NCBI RefSeq assembly: GCF_964194155.1
Contig: NC_135890.1
Coordinates: 38,688,001-38,752,000, forward strand
Direction: 5' to 3'
DNA: 64,000 bases
Origin: Cetorhinus maximus
Lineage: Eukaryota
Shown here: piece after piece, positions 1-12,788 of the stretch
Numbering within the stretch: the stretch's first letter is position 1
How the letters are laid out: every line of letters starts with the position of its first letter
Program-made: the position numbers and the translations under genes
Notes under the pieces: model-generated
What the model was told of the DNA's origin: nothing
Databases searched by the model: none
Seen by the model: only the letters and a program-made list of their open reading frames with translations

Positions 1-760
1 AGAATTTAGTGCAGGTATGTGTGAAGTGATGATATAATTTAAATGGTACTATTTTGAGGGTGTATAAGAGAGGGACATGGGTTTGCATATTCAAAAATCT
101 TCAAGGGTTGCAAGATAAGTTGATAAAGTAGTTAAGAAAGCTTATGGGATCTTTGGCTTTGTAAATAGGGTCATTGAATACAAAAACAAAGTCATTCTAA
201 CCTTAACTGCCTAGGCCTCAGCTGGATCACTGTGTACATTTCTGTGCAACACACTGTAGAAGAATGGCAAGGCGCTGGGGAGAGGGTACAGTGGCGGTTT
301 ACTAAGATTACACTAGGGATAAGGCAGTTCAGTTATGTGGAGAGATTGGAGAAGCTGGGTTTATTCATCTTAAAACAGAGAAGTTAAAGGGAGACCCAAT
401 TCAAATTCTGAGGAGTTTTGATGGAGCAAGGAGGGAAAAAGCTATTTTCTCTGGCAATTTTTTGGGCAAAAAGAGGTTAGAGGTTTAAGATAATTGGCAA
501 AAGATCTAAAGGGGGAATTGAGGACAAATTTCTTCAAGAGGTGTGTTAATGTCTGGAATGCATTACCTGAAAGGGTGGTGGATCAGATTCTCTAAAAAAC
601 TTTTAAAAGACAATTGGACATGCACTTGAAGTGGGCTAATTTTCAGGATTGTGGGGAATAAGCTGGGGTGTTTGAATAAATTGGACAGCTTTTTCAAAAG
701 AGCTGGTACAGCAAGACTGGCCAAATAAGCATCTTCTGTGCTTTAAGTTTCTATGATTCC
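1..760 (+). mobile_element. CR1-clade (HER1-like) LINE 3' fragment, degraded
   Basis: Degenerate CR1 C-terminal motifs (CEV..., ERLEKLGLF, VWNALPERVV) ending in a TTCTATGATT tail. Confidence 0.8.
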
Positions 761-843
761 AGTAGAGTTCTAAGTTTTCGGACTAGTGGATTTTGACTGC
801 AGCTAGTTGGAGCTAAAAAGGATAGCTTCAGTTTTGGCAGATA

Positions 844-1130
844 TTTTTTATTCATTCATGAGAGGTAGGCATCGCTGACAAGGCCTGCATTTACTGCCCA
901 TCTTTAATTGCCCTTAAGCAATTGAGAATGGGCTGTCTTCTTAAACCCTTCAGTCTGTGTGATGTGGGTACACGCACAGTGTTGTTTAGGAGGCAGTTCC
1001 AAGATTTTGACCCAGCGACAATGAAGAACTAGGGAGATATTTCCAAGTTGGCATGATGTGCAACTTGGAGGGGAACCTGCAGGCAGCTAGTGGTGTTCCA
1101 CGTGCCTGTTTCCCTTGTTCTTCTAGCCGA
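844..1130 (-). mobile_element. CR1/L2-group LINE 'family B' 3' end
   Basis: Reverse complement of the 3' tail at 28100-28340 (GGGCAATTA...GATGGGCA...ATGAATGAATAAAA). Confidence 0.75.
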
Positions 1131-4100
1131 AAAACAGCAAGTTATAGAGAATAAGTCCATTAATTGAAGTCAATAATCCACCTAAAAAAAACAATTCTGA
1201 ATTAGACTTTATGGAAATTATACTTTGATAACTGTAGATGTTTAATTTTGATGGCAGAAAGCTTCCTCCAAGTTACTTATGTTTTCCCTGTTTAAACTGC
1301 TCAACAAGTCTTATTCTTGGCTTTGCAATGAAATCCTGTTCAGCAAAATGAAGCGATCTGCAGGCAATTAGCAAACTTTTAGCGTTGAGCAACATAAATA
1401 ATCTGAAGGCTCTTTCACACTGATGAACTTTAGCAAACAATTCATGGCTTTGCAGTGTACATAGTCAAATTTACTTGCACAACAGAATTACCACACCACT
1501 GCTAAGTGGGGAGGAAAAATATCTTCCTATTATTATTCTTTGGAAAAAGGTGGGGGTTCAAGGTAAGTCTTCGCTTCAGCTTTGCTCATTTTGTAGCAAA
1601 GTACAGCCCTCTCAGTGACCACAAGCTGTTGGAATCTGATCCATCACCTTTTCAGGTAATGCATTCCAGGTATTAACAAACCTCTATGAAGAAATTTGTC
1701 CTCAATTTCCCCTTTAATTCTTTTGCATTTGTGGGATGTCCCTCTGCATAAAATGGTTGCTTCATATACCCATATAAATCGCTTGAGAGACACCTTAACA
1801 CGATATAAATGCAGAATTTCTCTCTTCCTTAAAAATCTAAAGTTTTGAAAGAGCACGCTCTTCACAGGAAAGAACAATTCATAATTATTGGTCATTTAGT
1901 GGGTGTTTGCTGAGTCTTTGCTGGCTTGCATAATTTATATCTATTACATCCTTGCCAAAGTTAATGGATCAAATCCTTCCCTTGCAGTTCGAAGTCAAAG
2001 AAATCTTAGCCAAATTACAGGGGCGCATTTTTTTTTTAGTTACATAAAAGGTTGCAAAAATCTTTATTCCTCACCCCCAACCTGGTAACTACCGATCCAG
2101 AAGCTATAGAAACAATTCACAACAATCATATCAAGGAGAAGGGAGTACACATTTCAAAATTTAGCTCAATGCAAACTTTTCCAGCACCATTTTATTACAA
2201 AGTGGTGTGTTTTTTTTCTTTAAAAGGGTACATATAGCACCTCAGCAAAGTTTGTCAAGCAAGCTAAATTTTGCATTCATAAGCAAAAGGCTCCCATCAT
2301 GCAAAAGTTAAAACAAACCAACGTTCAACAAGAGAAACGCACTTGCATATTTGTTTAAATTCTAATCTAATATTTTCAGGTTCCAATGTCAGTATTGATT
2401 GGTACAAAAACAAACAGGCAGTATTTAATTTCCCTACCAGAAAGGGACAAGCAAATATAAAATATACATTTTCTTAAAACAGCAATAGAAAAAGTGTCAT
2501 CTATTTTTACAAGTCTTCACATTAATTAAGACATAATTTCACATTAATATAGACCTATTAGCAAACCAATTTCAACCAGATATAGGAAGTCCTCTTTTAA
2601 CATTGTCCCCTTTAGCATTGTTAGGCTTCAACATCATTAAATTTATGGGGCCTACAATCTCGGTGAGCGTCGCAAGGTCATTTTAGTGTCATTTCCTGAG
2701 AGACCCAATTGGCGCCACTTTGGAGCGGCATCTCTTTGGTCCCCAAGTTGTGGCCTCCCGCTCTCCCCCCACCCCCTTCCCTTACCTCAGAGTTGTGGCC
2801 TCCCCCTAGTCCCTGACTCACTCCCTCAACTCCCTGACTCACTCCCTCACTGAACCTCCTCCACTCTGACTCACCCTCTTGCCACTTCCCTCCCCTGGAC
2901 TTGCGTTCCTATTCAATATTCAGGTCAGATCCAAAGACGAAGCTCCGATGTTGTGGAAATGCAAGTCCCAATGGTGCAAAAACGCCAAGCTGGGGCTACT
3001 ACAATCTATGTTTTTAATAATGACTGTCGAAGCTGCTCCTGCCTCACTGCTCTTCTTCCAAGCCCTTGCACACAGCGAGGGCTCAGGAGAGGGAAGCGGT
3101 GAGCGAGAACATAAAAAAAAACTAGGGTAGGCCAGGGAAAGGGTGGCAGCAGAAAGGAAGAGGCTGCAACGTAGAAGGTCAGGGAGGGGGAGAGGCCACA
3201 ACTTGTCGGGTTGAGGAGTGGGAGAATCTGCAGCGGCCAGGAGGGTCAGGGAAAGGGAGGTTTAAGAAGCAGGATCAGCAGTGAACAGGAAGTACTGTAA
3301 GCAGAAAGCTACGGTTTGCTTTTAAAATAAGTTTAAAAATATGAAAGTTATTTCATTTACCAACACAGGAATTTAACAATGTAAAATATTGCAACTTAGA
3401 AGGTATAATGTTTAATATTTGTTTTTTTCTGATAAGGAAGGCACTACAGAACCAAACTACAGTTTTAACATTGATTGCCATAGAAATCAATCTTTCACTT
3501 AAAGTCGTGATTTTCAGAAAGGCAAACACAACTTTAAGTGAGGACTTCCTGTACTCCAAAACGTGCTTCCGCAAACATGGTTTTTAGTTGCTGAGATGGA
3601 GGTCACATTGCACAAGGTGCTGCTGAAATAGGCTGCTCTCTGTGCCACTCCATTGTAACTACCCCATAGTTCAGCATTGTAACATAACGGGTGCAATTCC
3701 AGGCCACAGCTGACCCTGCATGTGTCACGTCTATGTTGCAAGTGAATATAGGTAATCTCTGTAGCAGTTGGCACACTGCTGTATTTGCCTCTTGCTAATC
3801 CAGACCCTGAGCAGATAGATTCCCATCCCCAAGTACATGCACCAGGGCATACAGAAATTACTCATGGCATCTTCATGAGTGCAGATATGATCAGAAGGCT
3901 AAACTATGCAGTAATGCAAACCCTTGCATATCATGTGCCATATTTTTTATCATTCTTTCTTCACGAGGAAGTTGCTGAATCAAGTAGAGATTAGCTGGGG
4001 GGTACCCCAAAGATGCACTGGGAAATCCCCACCGAAGTTCCCAGATAAGGATAGCAAACTTTGGATGGTTCCAACTGTTTACCGTAATAGTTACTCAAAA

Positions 4101-4391
4101 AGAGTTAAAAGAATTAAAACCACTTTAACTTCTGGGTAACTATAGTATTGACCACCCCCACCCTGAGCCCCCCACAGGGCCCATCCAACTCATCTCTAAC
4201 CCCCCCACAGGACTCCTGCCACCACCTCTAAACACTCCCCCCCACCCCCCCACCCCAGGGACTCCCCAAGTAACTCCCCCATAGGGACAGGATTCCCCAT
4301 CCCACCCCCCCAATAAGACCCCAGATTGCCCTCCCCTCCCTCCAACTACCCACCAGCCACCACCAATCCCTCTGGCTCCCCCATTGACTAC

Positions 4392-5223
4392 TGTTAGGAC
4401 GCGGCAGATGGTGTTTGCCAGGTGGATCAAATCCACAAGGGAAACTTGATCATGCCATCACAACGGTTTTGCAATTTGTATTTATTTCAAGATGTGTGCC
4501 CTGAATTCTGAAGTAATGAGTCCACCAAGACTTGAGATTTTTTTAAAAACTCAAATTAAAATGTCAACAAAAAAGATTTCAAGCACATATATAGGTCAAA
4601 AAATTACTGCTATGATAACTCCTAAAATCCCTAATTAACCTGGCTCCCAGTTACACCCCCTTTAAGGCAACTATCCAAAAATAGATATTTTAGATTTTAA
4701 CCAGATCCCACAAATTAACACAACACCCTGGACAGTGGAATTCAAAGTGGCTTTCTCCAGCTTCGGTTTCAGTAGACAGCCAGCTTAATGCACAACACTT
4801 CACACACTTCTGTTAGGTCTTACAATGCCTTCACCTGACACACAGCCTCATTCTCCTTTATATTCTTATACCCTTCTTAATATGTAAATTCCATTGTTTC
4901 CATATGTCTTTGGAACTTTACCTTTCTTATAATAAAAATCTTCACATGTTGATACTATTCTCATTAACCTCTTGGAAATTCAAATCCCCCTCCATCTAAA
5001 AATGTAAATTCCCTTTACATCTTACATGCCAAGACCCCAACCACGTTTACTCATTAGCATAGTAAAGATACTTCTACACCTTACTTCTTTTGATAACTTC
5101 AACTTGCAATCTGCTTGGCTACAAAATGTAATTAAATCTCACAACAGGCAGAAAAACACAACCCCATTAACCTACTTCACAGTAAACCAGATAAATAACG
5201 AAAATTATTATACTCTCATGACA
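4392..5223 (-). mobile_element. Solo LTR (832 bp)
   Basis: Termini TGTTAGGAC...CATGACA with a 4-bp TSD CTAC (4388-4391 / 5224-5227); homologous to 26151-26989. Strand is tentative, from an AATAAA on the minus strand near 4481. Confidence 0.8.
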
Positions 5224-5249
5224 CTACCCGCAGTGTATGTGCAGATGAT

Positions 5250-6090
5250 AAATGGCTAAAATCCACAGACCCTGAAAATAGATGCAGGGATTACAATGTG
5301 TGATTAACCCAGGACCATCAAATGCAATGCAGTCAATGATGGCAACTTTGTGCTGCCTGGTCATTGCAATGATCTCAGCATCTAGCCACCATTGACCGTG
5401 CTATTAATTTGTAGGACACATCAGCAGGGGCCCATATCAGGACAAGCTAACTTCACTAAAGGACAGCTTGCACTTCAAACAGGAGGTGTATGCAGAAGGT
5501 GCTGGCATTCGTGCAAGTGACTCTGAACTGGTCTCCAAATTTTTCGAAATGGAGGTCACGGTGGTAGGAGGAGGAGGAGGAGAATATCCTGTAACCGGGC
5601 CAGGAGGCTCTTCAGACACATACTCCGAAGACAGTGAGAATTGACAGCCACAGAGGACAACACCAGAAGATAAGCCTCGAGGATCTGGTTGCAGTGTCGC
5701 AAGAGGTTCAATGGTCTTGTAAGAGTGATCATGATCAGTGGATGCATCTTCAAATGCCATATGCTGCCAACTGTGCCATCTCCTCAGCCAATGCTCAATT
5801 CAGCACATCCCCACCATTCACCCACCAACAATCTCTGTCAATCAAGATTCATTTAGCACTGCTTCAAGTTTCACATTCATATCTTGCAGCTAGTGCACAC
5901 TGCTAGCTATTCAACCATGAAAGTTACGGCAAACAATTGTACAACACTCATTGATGCACTTCCCTCTCTCTTGCAGGACAAGGTGACACACTAGAGGCAG
6001 CAAGGGCTAACTGATGAGGGACGAGGATGCCTGCACGTCCTAACCTATGACGAAGACGACACTGGCTATTATTGGGACAGATAAATGCAA
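5250..6090 (+). mobile_element. PIF/Harbinger-derived relic (Myb/SANT-like gene fragments)
   Basis: Degenerate RIWLQCRKRFNGLVR at ~5680-5725 and an acceptor-led ctcttgcag|GACAAGGTG exon at ~5977, paralleling the Myb-like gene at 48810-49400. Confidence 0.6.
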
Positions 6091-6906
6091 TAAAGTATGT
6101 TTCATAACATTTCTTTTCATTTCGTAACATTTGTTCTAGTTTTCCTATTATTTTTGAAGATGAACTATGTAGTTCCACAGATGTCAACAGCTCTCTGGCA
6201 TTTTATCAAGATAGGCTTGGCAGCAAGCACCAACAAGTCATTTTTCCCTAGGCAGGCCTCAATATCCAGTTCAATTCTCTCCTACCACCCACATATTTAA
6301 ACTTGTCGCCAGATACACTCTGGATGGATCCTGACCAATTTTTCACACTCTAGCCTGTGCAGCAACTATTGCATCTACTATCCTGATTAATATCTGCTCA
6401 CTCAGTACACACCAAGAATTGAATATGGGATCTTCTGGTCTTCAAAGGAAATGATAATCTGGTTGGTGTAGATGATTTCAAGTTTGGTTCTCATCTCTCT
6501 CACTAAGTTCAGAGGATTTATGTGGGCTGAGGAATGGAAGAAAGTGATATTGTCAAGTACTTTCTATGATGGTGCATGTTTAACAATTATAATCGAGATA
6601 TTTCTTCTCTGAATGTTTAGATTAACCTTTAGGTTTCAGGAAGCCATTACAATCTCATTTGTCTCAGGCCCATGTCATCACAATCATAATAGTGGCATGA
6701 AAAGTCATATTCGGAAAGAGGAATATTCAGAGTATGTTTTAAGCCATAAAGCCGTAACATTTAGGTCAGCAATTCTTAGCCTTCAACAAACTACATTTAA
6801 TTTACATTATTTCAACAAAGAGAACTTAATCTTTATCAAAACCTGCCCAGTTGTAAAAGTAGCTAATAAATTAACTCATAATTCACTCCTTCAGAACTGA
6901 CACAAT

Positions 6907-8182
6907 GGCCCAGAACTTCCGATCTCTGGATGCTCGCACCCTCCAAGTTACACTACGGGACCCCTTGGAAGTCCTGACACACTGGCTATGTTTGAAGTGC
7001 CTGGGAAGTCTGAACTTCCAATGGGCAATTCCCCTGAGTCTGGATTCAGAGTCAGAGATTTCAGGTGGTTCCGACTTAGCAGAACAGTTACCCAAGAAAA
7101 GTTGGAAGGATTAAAACCAGATCTAACTCCTGGGTAACTGTACTGCTGATCCCCCCAACCCACCCTAACCCCCTCAACCAATTACACGCCACCCCTACTC
7201 TCTCATTCAGTTACACGTCACTCGCCCACCTGCCACCCCTTTCCCCCCTCAGCCACCCGCTTGCCACCCCTTCCTCCACCCCCCAGCCACCCTTACCCCC
7301 CTCCAGCCATCCGCCTGCCACCCCTTTCCCCCTCAGCCACCCGCCTGCCATCCCTTCGCCCCCCAGCCCTTTCCCCCCTCAGCCACCCCTAACCACCCAC
7401 CTGCCACCCGCCAGCCAGCCCTTTCCCCCCTCAGCCAGCCCTTTCCCCCCTCAGCCAGCCCTTTCCCCCCTCAGCCAGCCCTTTCCCCCCTCAGCCAGCC
7501 CTTTCCCCCCTCAGCCAGCCCTTTCCCCCCTCAGCCACCCACCCCTGCCACCCCTTTCCCCGTCAGCCACCCACCCCTGCCACCCCTTTCCCCCCTCAGC
7601 CACCCATCCCTGCCACCCCTTTCCCCCCCAGCCACCCACCCCTGCCACCCCTTTCCCCCCTCAGCCACCCATCCCTGCCACCCCTTTCCCCCCCAGCCAC
7701 CCACCCCTGCCACCCCTTTCCTCCCCAGCCACCCGACCGCCACCCCTTCCCCCCCCCCACCTCAGCCACCCGCTTGCCACCCCTTCCCCCCCTCAGCCAT
7801 CCGCTTGCCACCCCTTCCCCCCCTCAGCCACCCACCTGCCACCCCTTTCCCCCCCAGCCACCCACCTGCTACCCCTTTCCCCCCTCAGCTACCCACCTCT
7901 TTCCCCTCATCCATTTACCTTCCCTCCATAGCTTCTCAAAATTACTTTGGGGCATTTAAACACTGCTTATTGGAATATGGCAGCTAGTGCCATAAAAAGG
8001 GGCATGGCTTTTACAATGATTCTCTCCATTCCCCGCCCTGAGAATTGCTGCACTGAGTGAGTCTGGAAGAACCCGCCATCAGAAGCTGGGCCCAAAAAAA
8101 ATCAGAGAAAGGCAAGTAGGTAACTTGATCTCTGATCGGGGTCGGAAACAGGGATTATGACCCAGATCAGGAGTTCTCGGCC
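6907..8182. mobile_element. Harbinger-type MITE with internal C-rich minisatellite
   Basis: Imperfect TIRs GGCCCAGAACTTCCGATCT / rc GGCCGAGAACTCCTGATCT and a 3-bp TSD AAT on both sides. Confidence 0.75.
7225..7900. repeat. C-rich minisatellite (units ~20 bp CTTTCCCCCCTCAGCCAGCC and ~33 bp CAGCCACCCACCCCTGCCACCCCTTTCCCCCCT)
   Basis: Visible tandem units; the G-rich minus strand has many GGG runs. Confidence 0.9.
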
Positions 8183-9413
8183 AATATATTAAATCCAGTT
8201 GAGCACTTTACAAATTAAAATTGGCTTACTGCAAAAAAGCTTTTAAGTCTGAAGCAAAATCTGAACAAGTTTAAATTTGCTTAGGCAGCACAATGAAGAT
8301 AATTCCAGTTAAGGAGCTAAATTAAATGGAAGCCAAAGATGGGGGAGCACAGAGCTGGCAGAGGATTGTAGGGTTGGAAGAGGTTGCAGAAATTTGGAGG
8401 AGCGAGGCTGCGACAGGATTTGAAAATGCAGGCCCACTGCTAGAAGCTGTCAGGCTATAATGCCTCCTAATTGCATATGATACATTCTCTATCTTACCAG
8501 CCTTTGATGTGGAGTGAAATTTGTAACCGCCACTTAGCAGTACATAATAATCCTCAACCTGGTTTTATTTCTTAATGGAGAAAGTACCCACGGTAAAGCC
8601 AACATTTTGCAACAGAAGGACTGCGACCCTCCATAAGAGACCTCACCCACTTTGTGGAGCCACGTCCTAGCTTTAATGGGGGATGAAGAAGCAGAAAAAA
8701 ACATTCGTATCTCTCTTCTAAGTTCTTTTACCAATTAGTTTAAATCTATGACCTCTCGTTACCAACCCATTTGCCACTTTGGAACCAATGCTCTGAGAAT
8801 TAAAACCATTGTGTTCCTAGCACCAGAGATCAGAGACTCTGCTGAGCCCACTCTTCAAGTATCTGACAACATAACCAGAATAGGTAAGCAGACGCCCATT
8901 AGTTTGGCTCATCCAGTTCCATGACACTTGATCCAACTATTAGAAAATGCACTAGAGACAAAACAAGTAAATTACGCAAAATAAAAGTTGCTCTGTGGTG
9001 TTATGAGAAAAATGCCATTGTAAGTCAATCTGACTATATCTGGAATCAAGTAAGCGAGACAACTAATATAACACCAATCTTTAACAAGGAGCCTAATGAC
9101 AGCTCAGGGAGACTCCAGGTCAGTAGGTTAATGTCTAAAAGCAATTTGAAAAAGGGAATATTTTAACATCTAGGTGCTACAGCAAGGTGGAGATGGAGTG
9201 AATTTATTGGATGGAGGGCTTGCCGAAGAAATTCACTGATTCATAACTTTGTTGAAGAAAGGCAGTGAAAATGTTATGAATGTGTGAATGTGATATTTAT
9301 CAAAAACAACTTGCTAAAAACTAAAGTACAATAAATGCAATAACAAACTTGCATGTATATTGCATCTTTCACATCCTCTGGATATCACAAGATGATGAAT
9401 AGTCAATAAATCA

Positions 9414-11310
9414 CCATAGATTGCGGCATACAAGTCAACGTTTGAAGCCTCCAAAATCTTTCCAAAAATGGGGATCAACATATACACCAAGTGCACAATG
9501 TGAACCACCAGCATGTGTGGACGCCATGTTAAAATGTGTAAAAAACATAACACTGGTAATTCACATTAATGTAGCATGATTTATTTAATAAATTAATTGT
9601 ACAAAGATATCTTTAACCACAATTAAAGCATTACCAAGCTGTTAAATTTATTGTGCTTTGACATCCAATGCAAAGTGCTCTTCGAATTCATTGAGTCAAC
9701 TTTGGCTATAACATCATCATAAGGATCCCACTCTGGATCAGAATCATCCCTCCAGAACAAATCATTTTCTTCTCCATCCATTGAATTGGATAGTCCATAT
9801 TTTTAGCACGATCTGATGACAGCTTGTGCACTAATAGCATTCCGTGATTTGATAATGAAACCACACAAAACATCAAGTGGGGCAGCATGCATATTTTCAT
9901 TCTTTGAGTTGGCTTTTTCTCCATTAACCATCCACCTATACCATTCGGTACGAACATGTTCCTTGAATGACTTGTTGAGGCATGCATCCGAAGGTTGAAC
10001 TACAGACATTAGACCCCTCTCCCTGGTATAACTGCAATGTGGGTGTTATTGCTTTGCACGCACCTCTTGATTTCATCTGCGTGATCAGCACATGTCCCAC
10101 ATTAATAAGCTGCATTCTTTACTGAGGCCTCCGGGACACCTATTCCACACATTCTCAATCCACAACTTCACACCATCCTCATCCATCCAACCACTGTCAC
10201 AGGCATGTACAGAAACTCTTGCAGGGAACTTGATGTACGGCATGGTTTTACATTTGAAAATTACCACAAGCTTTAATTTCATTCTGTCGGCCATGCAGGC
10301 TAGTACCACCATGAATCTTGTCTTCTCATGTCCTGTTGTTTTCACTAGAACTGTTTTCAAACCTTTCTACCATAGATAGGCATATCAAAATTCATGGCCA
10401 CTTCATCCATATTGCCAATGTGACTGAATGGTTACTCATGTTTTTGCCACTGTCTGAACTGCTGGAAACTGGTAATTTTGGCATTGATGTCTTTTGGTAG
10501 TCTCCGCGTGATCTTGGTCTTCGCGAAGCATTAGGCTGTTTTGTTCCGTAAAGCGGCTGCAACAATCAGCTGTTGGTCATCCGCAGTCTTTGCTGGGCTC
10601 ATGGTTTGATTTGGTGCGCTCAAGTGCATATATATGTATTGCATTTCTGGCGAACTGAAGTTCCGCCGAAGGGCCATGAAGGCTCGAAACGTTAACTGAT
10701 TTCTTCTCCGCCGATGCTGCCAGACCTGCTGAGTTTTTCCAGGTAATTCTGTTTTTGTTTTGGATTTCCAGCATCCGCAGTAGCTTTTAGCTTTTTGTTT
10801 TTATCTTCTCAAGATTAAGCCAGTGGCTGATCCCTGTTCTCACAGTGCATTTGGTCTTGGGATCTTCTTCAGGGCAGATTCCTTCATCCATTCTTGCACC
10901 AGTTTTTCACTAACACCAAACTCCCTCGCTGCAGCACTATCATTTGACTCGTTTGCAAATGTTACGACTTTGAGCTTGAAAATTGCTTCGTACTTTGTTC
11001 CTTTTGCTGGAGGACTCATTGCTACTTCAGAACTCGCCATGCCATGTACAGTCTGCTCTGTGCAGGCATGTCTTAAAATCTCATGCATCCTCTTTGTAAC
11101 ACTTGCTTGATCGCAAGTGCCAAATCACAGTATAAGTAAAACATGCATTTCTGGGGGGTATAGCATTTCGCAGCTGAAAATTGGGGGGGCAGTTGTGTGG
11201 GGGGTGGGGGGGGGGGGGGGTGGTCTGGTGGCATTTATATGCTGAATATATTCAAAAGCATGATTTTGGTGCCCATTAAAAGAGGTTGTCTTATAAGCCG
11301 TGATCTATGG
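9414..11310 (-). mobile_element. pogo-superfamily DNA transposon (POGK/Passer-like), transposase pseudogenised
   Basis: Brinker-type HTH KYEAIFKLKVVTFANESNDSAAAREFGVSEKLVQEW (10840-11040) and DDE_1 motifs KTTGHEKTRF.VVLACMAD, GWMDEDGVKLW, SLLMWD, QP.DACLNKSFKEH. Imperfect TIRs CCATAGATTGCGGCATACAAGTCAAC vs rc CCATAGATCACGGCTTATAAGACAAC. Confidence 0.85.
10655..10795 (+). mobile_element. Short Penelope pLTR-derived repeat nested in the pogo transposase
   Basis: Matches the 3' terminus of the Penelope copy at 18500-18604 (GAAACGTTAACTG...GATGCTGCCAGACCTGCTGAGTTTTTCCAGG). Confidence 0.85.
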
Positions 11311-11399
11311 CACTTTTGAAATGCACTCAAATGGAGCAACCAAGTTACACATGTCCAGTTAATCTGCTTTAGGTGATGCTGTTTAAAAAGACAGACTTG

Positions 11400-11850
11400 A
11401 AAAAACTTGCCTTTATATAACACTTTTCACAGCCACCAGATATCTCAAAGTGCTTTACAGCTAATTAAGTACTTTTTGAAGCGTAACTAGCCACCATTGT
11501 AATGTAGGAGGCTCAGCAGCTAATTTGCACAACCAGCTCCCGCAAACAGCACTGTGACAACGATCAGATAATCTGCTTTTGAGAGTTGATTAAGAGATAA
11601 ACCTTGGCCAGGTCAGTGGGAATTCAATTCCCCTGCTGGTCTTCAAAATAGAGTTGTGGGTTCTTGACATTTATCTGAGGGGGCAAACGGGGCCTCAGTT
11701 TAACGTAGCATGGGAACAGAGTACCTCTGACTGTGCAGCACTGCACTGGAAGATCAGCCTTGATGTTTGTGCTCAAGTCCTAGAGTGGGACTTGAACCCA
11801 GAATGTGTGACTCAAGAGTTGAGTGCGCTACCAAGTGAGCCATGGCTGAC
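11400..11850 (-). mobile_element. tRNA-derived DeuSINE-like (SacSINE1-type) element
   Basis: The minus strand starts with a tRNA-like head (TGGCTCACTTGGTAG...GGGTTCAAGTCCCACT), has a central domain, and ends ...TATATAAAGGCAAG. A partial second copy follows at 11860-11990. Confidence 0.75.
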
Positions 11851-12626
11851 ATGGCTTAAGGGATAAATGTTGACCAGTCTACCAAGAGAATTCCCCTAAC
11901 TCAATTTCAGATAGCTCCATGGAATCTTTTACATCCACCTTAGACGCACAGAGCCTTGGTTTAATGTCTCATCCAAAACAAGCATCTCACCAAGGCCATT
12001 TGCTCCGTGCTACACAAGACATAGAACAGGAGGCAAGTTCCTAAGATAGGCTGGAACGTGACTAGATCAGACAGCAAACATGGTTGGGAATGACAAACAT
12101 GGTGCTAAAGAGTTGAATTTTGTGCCCAATTACTCTGCAGAAAAACAAGCCACACTTGTTCATAATTCCAAACTTTAGAAGTCAGGTAACCCAGTAACAG
12201 AACCATTTGTCCTAGTGAATAATTTGCTTGAGAATTCTTAATGAAACCCCTTAAGAGCTTTGAAAACTTATTTGCTAAAGAACACAAGTGTAATCTCCTT
12301 AACCGTATCTCATCACTTAGATTCTTGATACTTAGAATCTTCATTTCTCAGTCCGTACCAACTCAGGGCAACATGATGATTAAACAACCAGGGCTGCAAA
12401 AATTACTTCAGATGGAGTCTAACAATTTTTTTTCAGTAACAATACAACGTCCTCTGGATTGTACTCCGTCTTACTTTAATAACATAACTTAGTATCCCGA
12501 GTGATGGAAAAATGGACTATAAGGACCCTGCATTGTATTAGGAGTACCAATGCCTTAACTGTATACCAATAACTCTTAACTGGGGAAAACAGTAGTCACT
12601 TACTCATTTTTAAAATGTATACTTAC

Positions 12627-12788
12627 AGGGTCCTTTAGCTCTTCGGAATCTCTTATCGAGCATCGAGCAGATTTTCCTGGAATTTCATCACCACATTCAT
12701 TGTCTGATGCGTTGGGAGATTCTACCAGATCAAGTATTTCATCCCGTTTCTGTCCTCTAAATCTTATTTTGTCCAATCGTTTTAGCAT
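12627..12788 (-). CDS. GRAMD4: GRAM domain-containing protein 4, first canonical coding exon (exon spans 12627-12837)
   Basis: Translates MLKRLDKIRFRGQKRDEILDLVESPNASDNECGDEIPGKSARCSIRDSEELKDP, matching from memory the human GRAMD4 N-terminus MLRRLDKIRFRGHKRDDFLDLAESPNASDTECSDEIP...RDSEELRDP (54 aa in both). Acceptor ttctttttatCAG at 12838-12850; phase-0 donor GTAAGT at 12621-12626. The next exon was not found in 1-12600, so it is probably outside the window. Confidence 0.93.

Noticed and set aside
7400-7540. CRISPR-like array
   Set aside because: Head-to-tail 20-bp repeats without unique spacers, in a eukaryotic context with no cas genes.
7531-7987. Gly/Trp- or Pro-rich ORFs
   Set aside because: These are translations of the minisatellite.
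9706-11088. Host POGK gene
   Set aside because: Fragmented frames, TIRs present and no KRAB exon seen.
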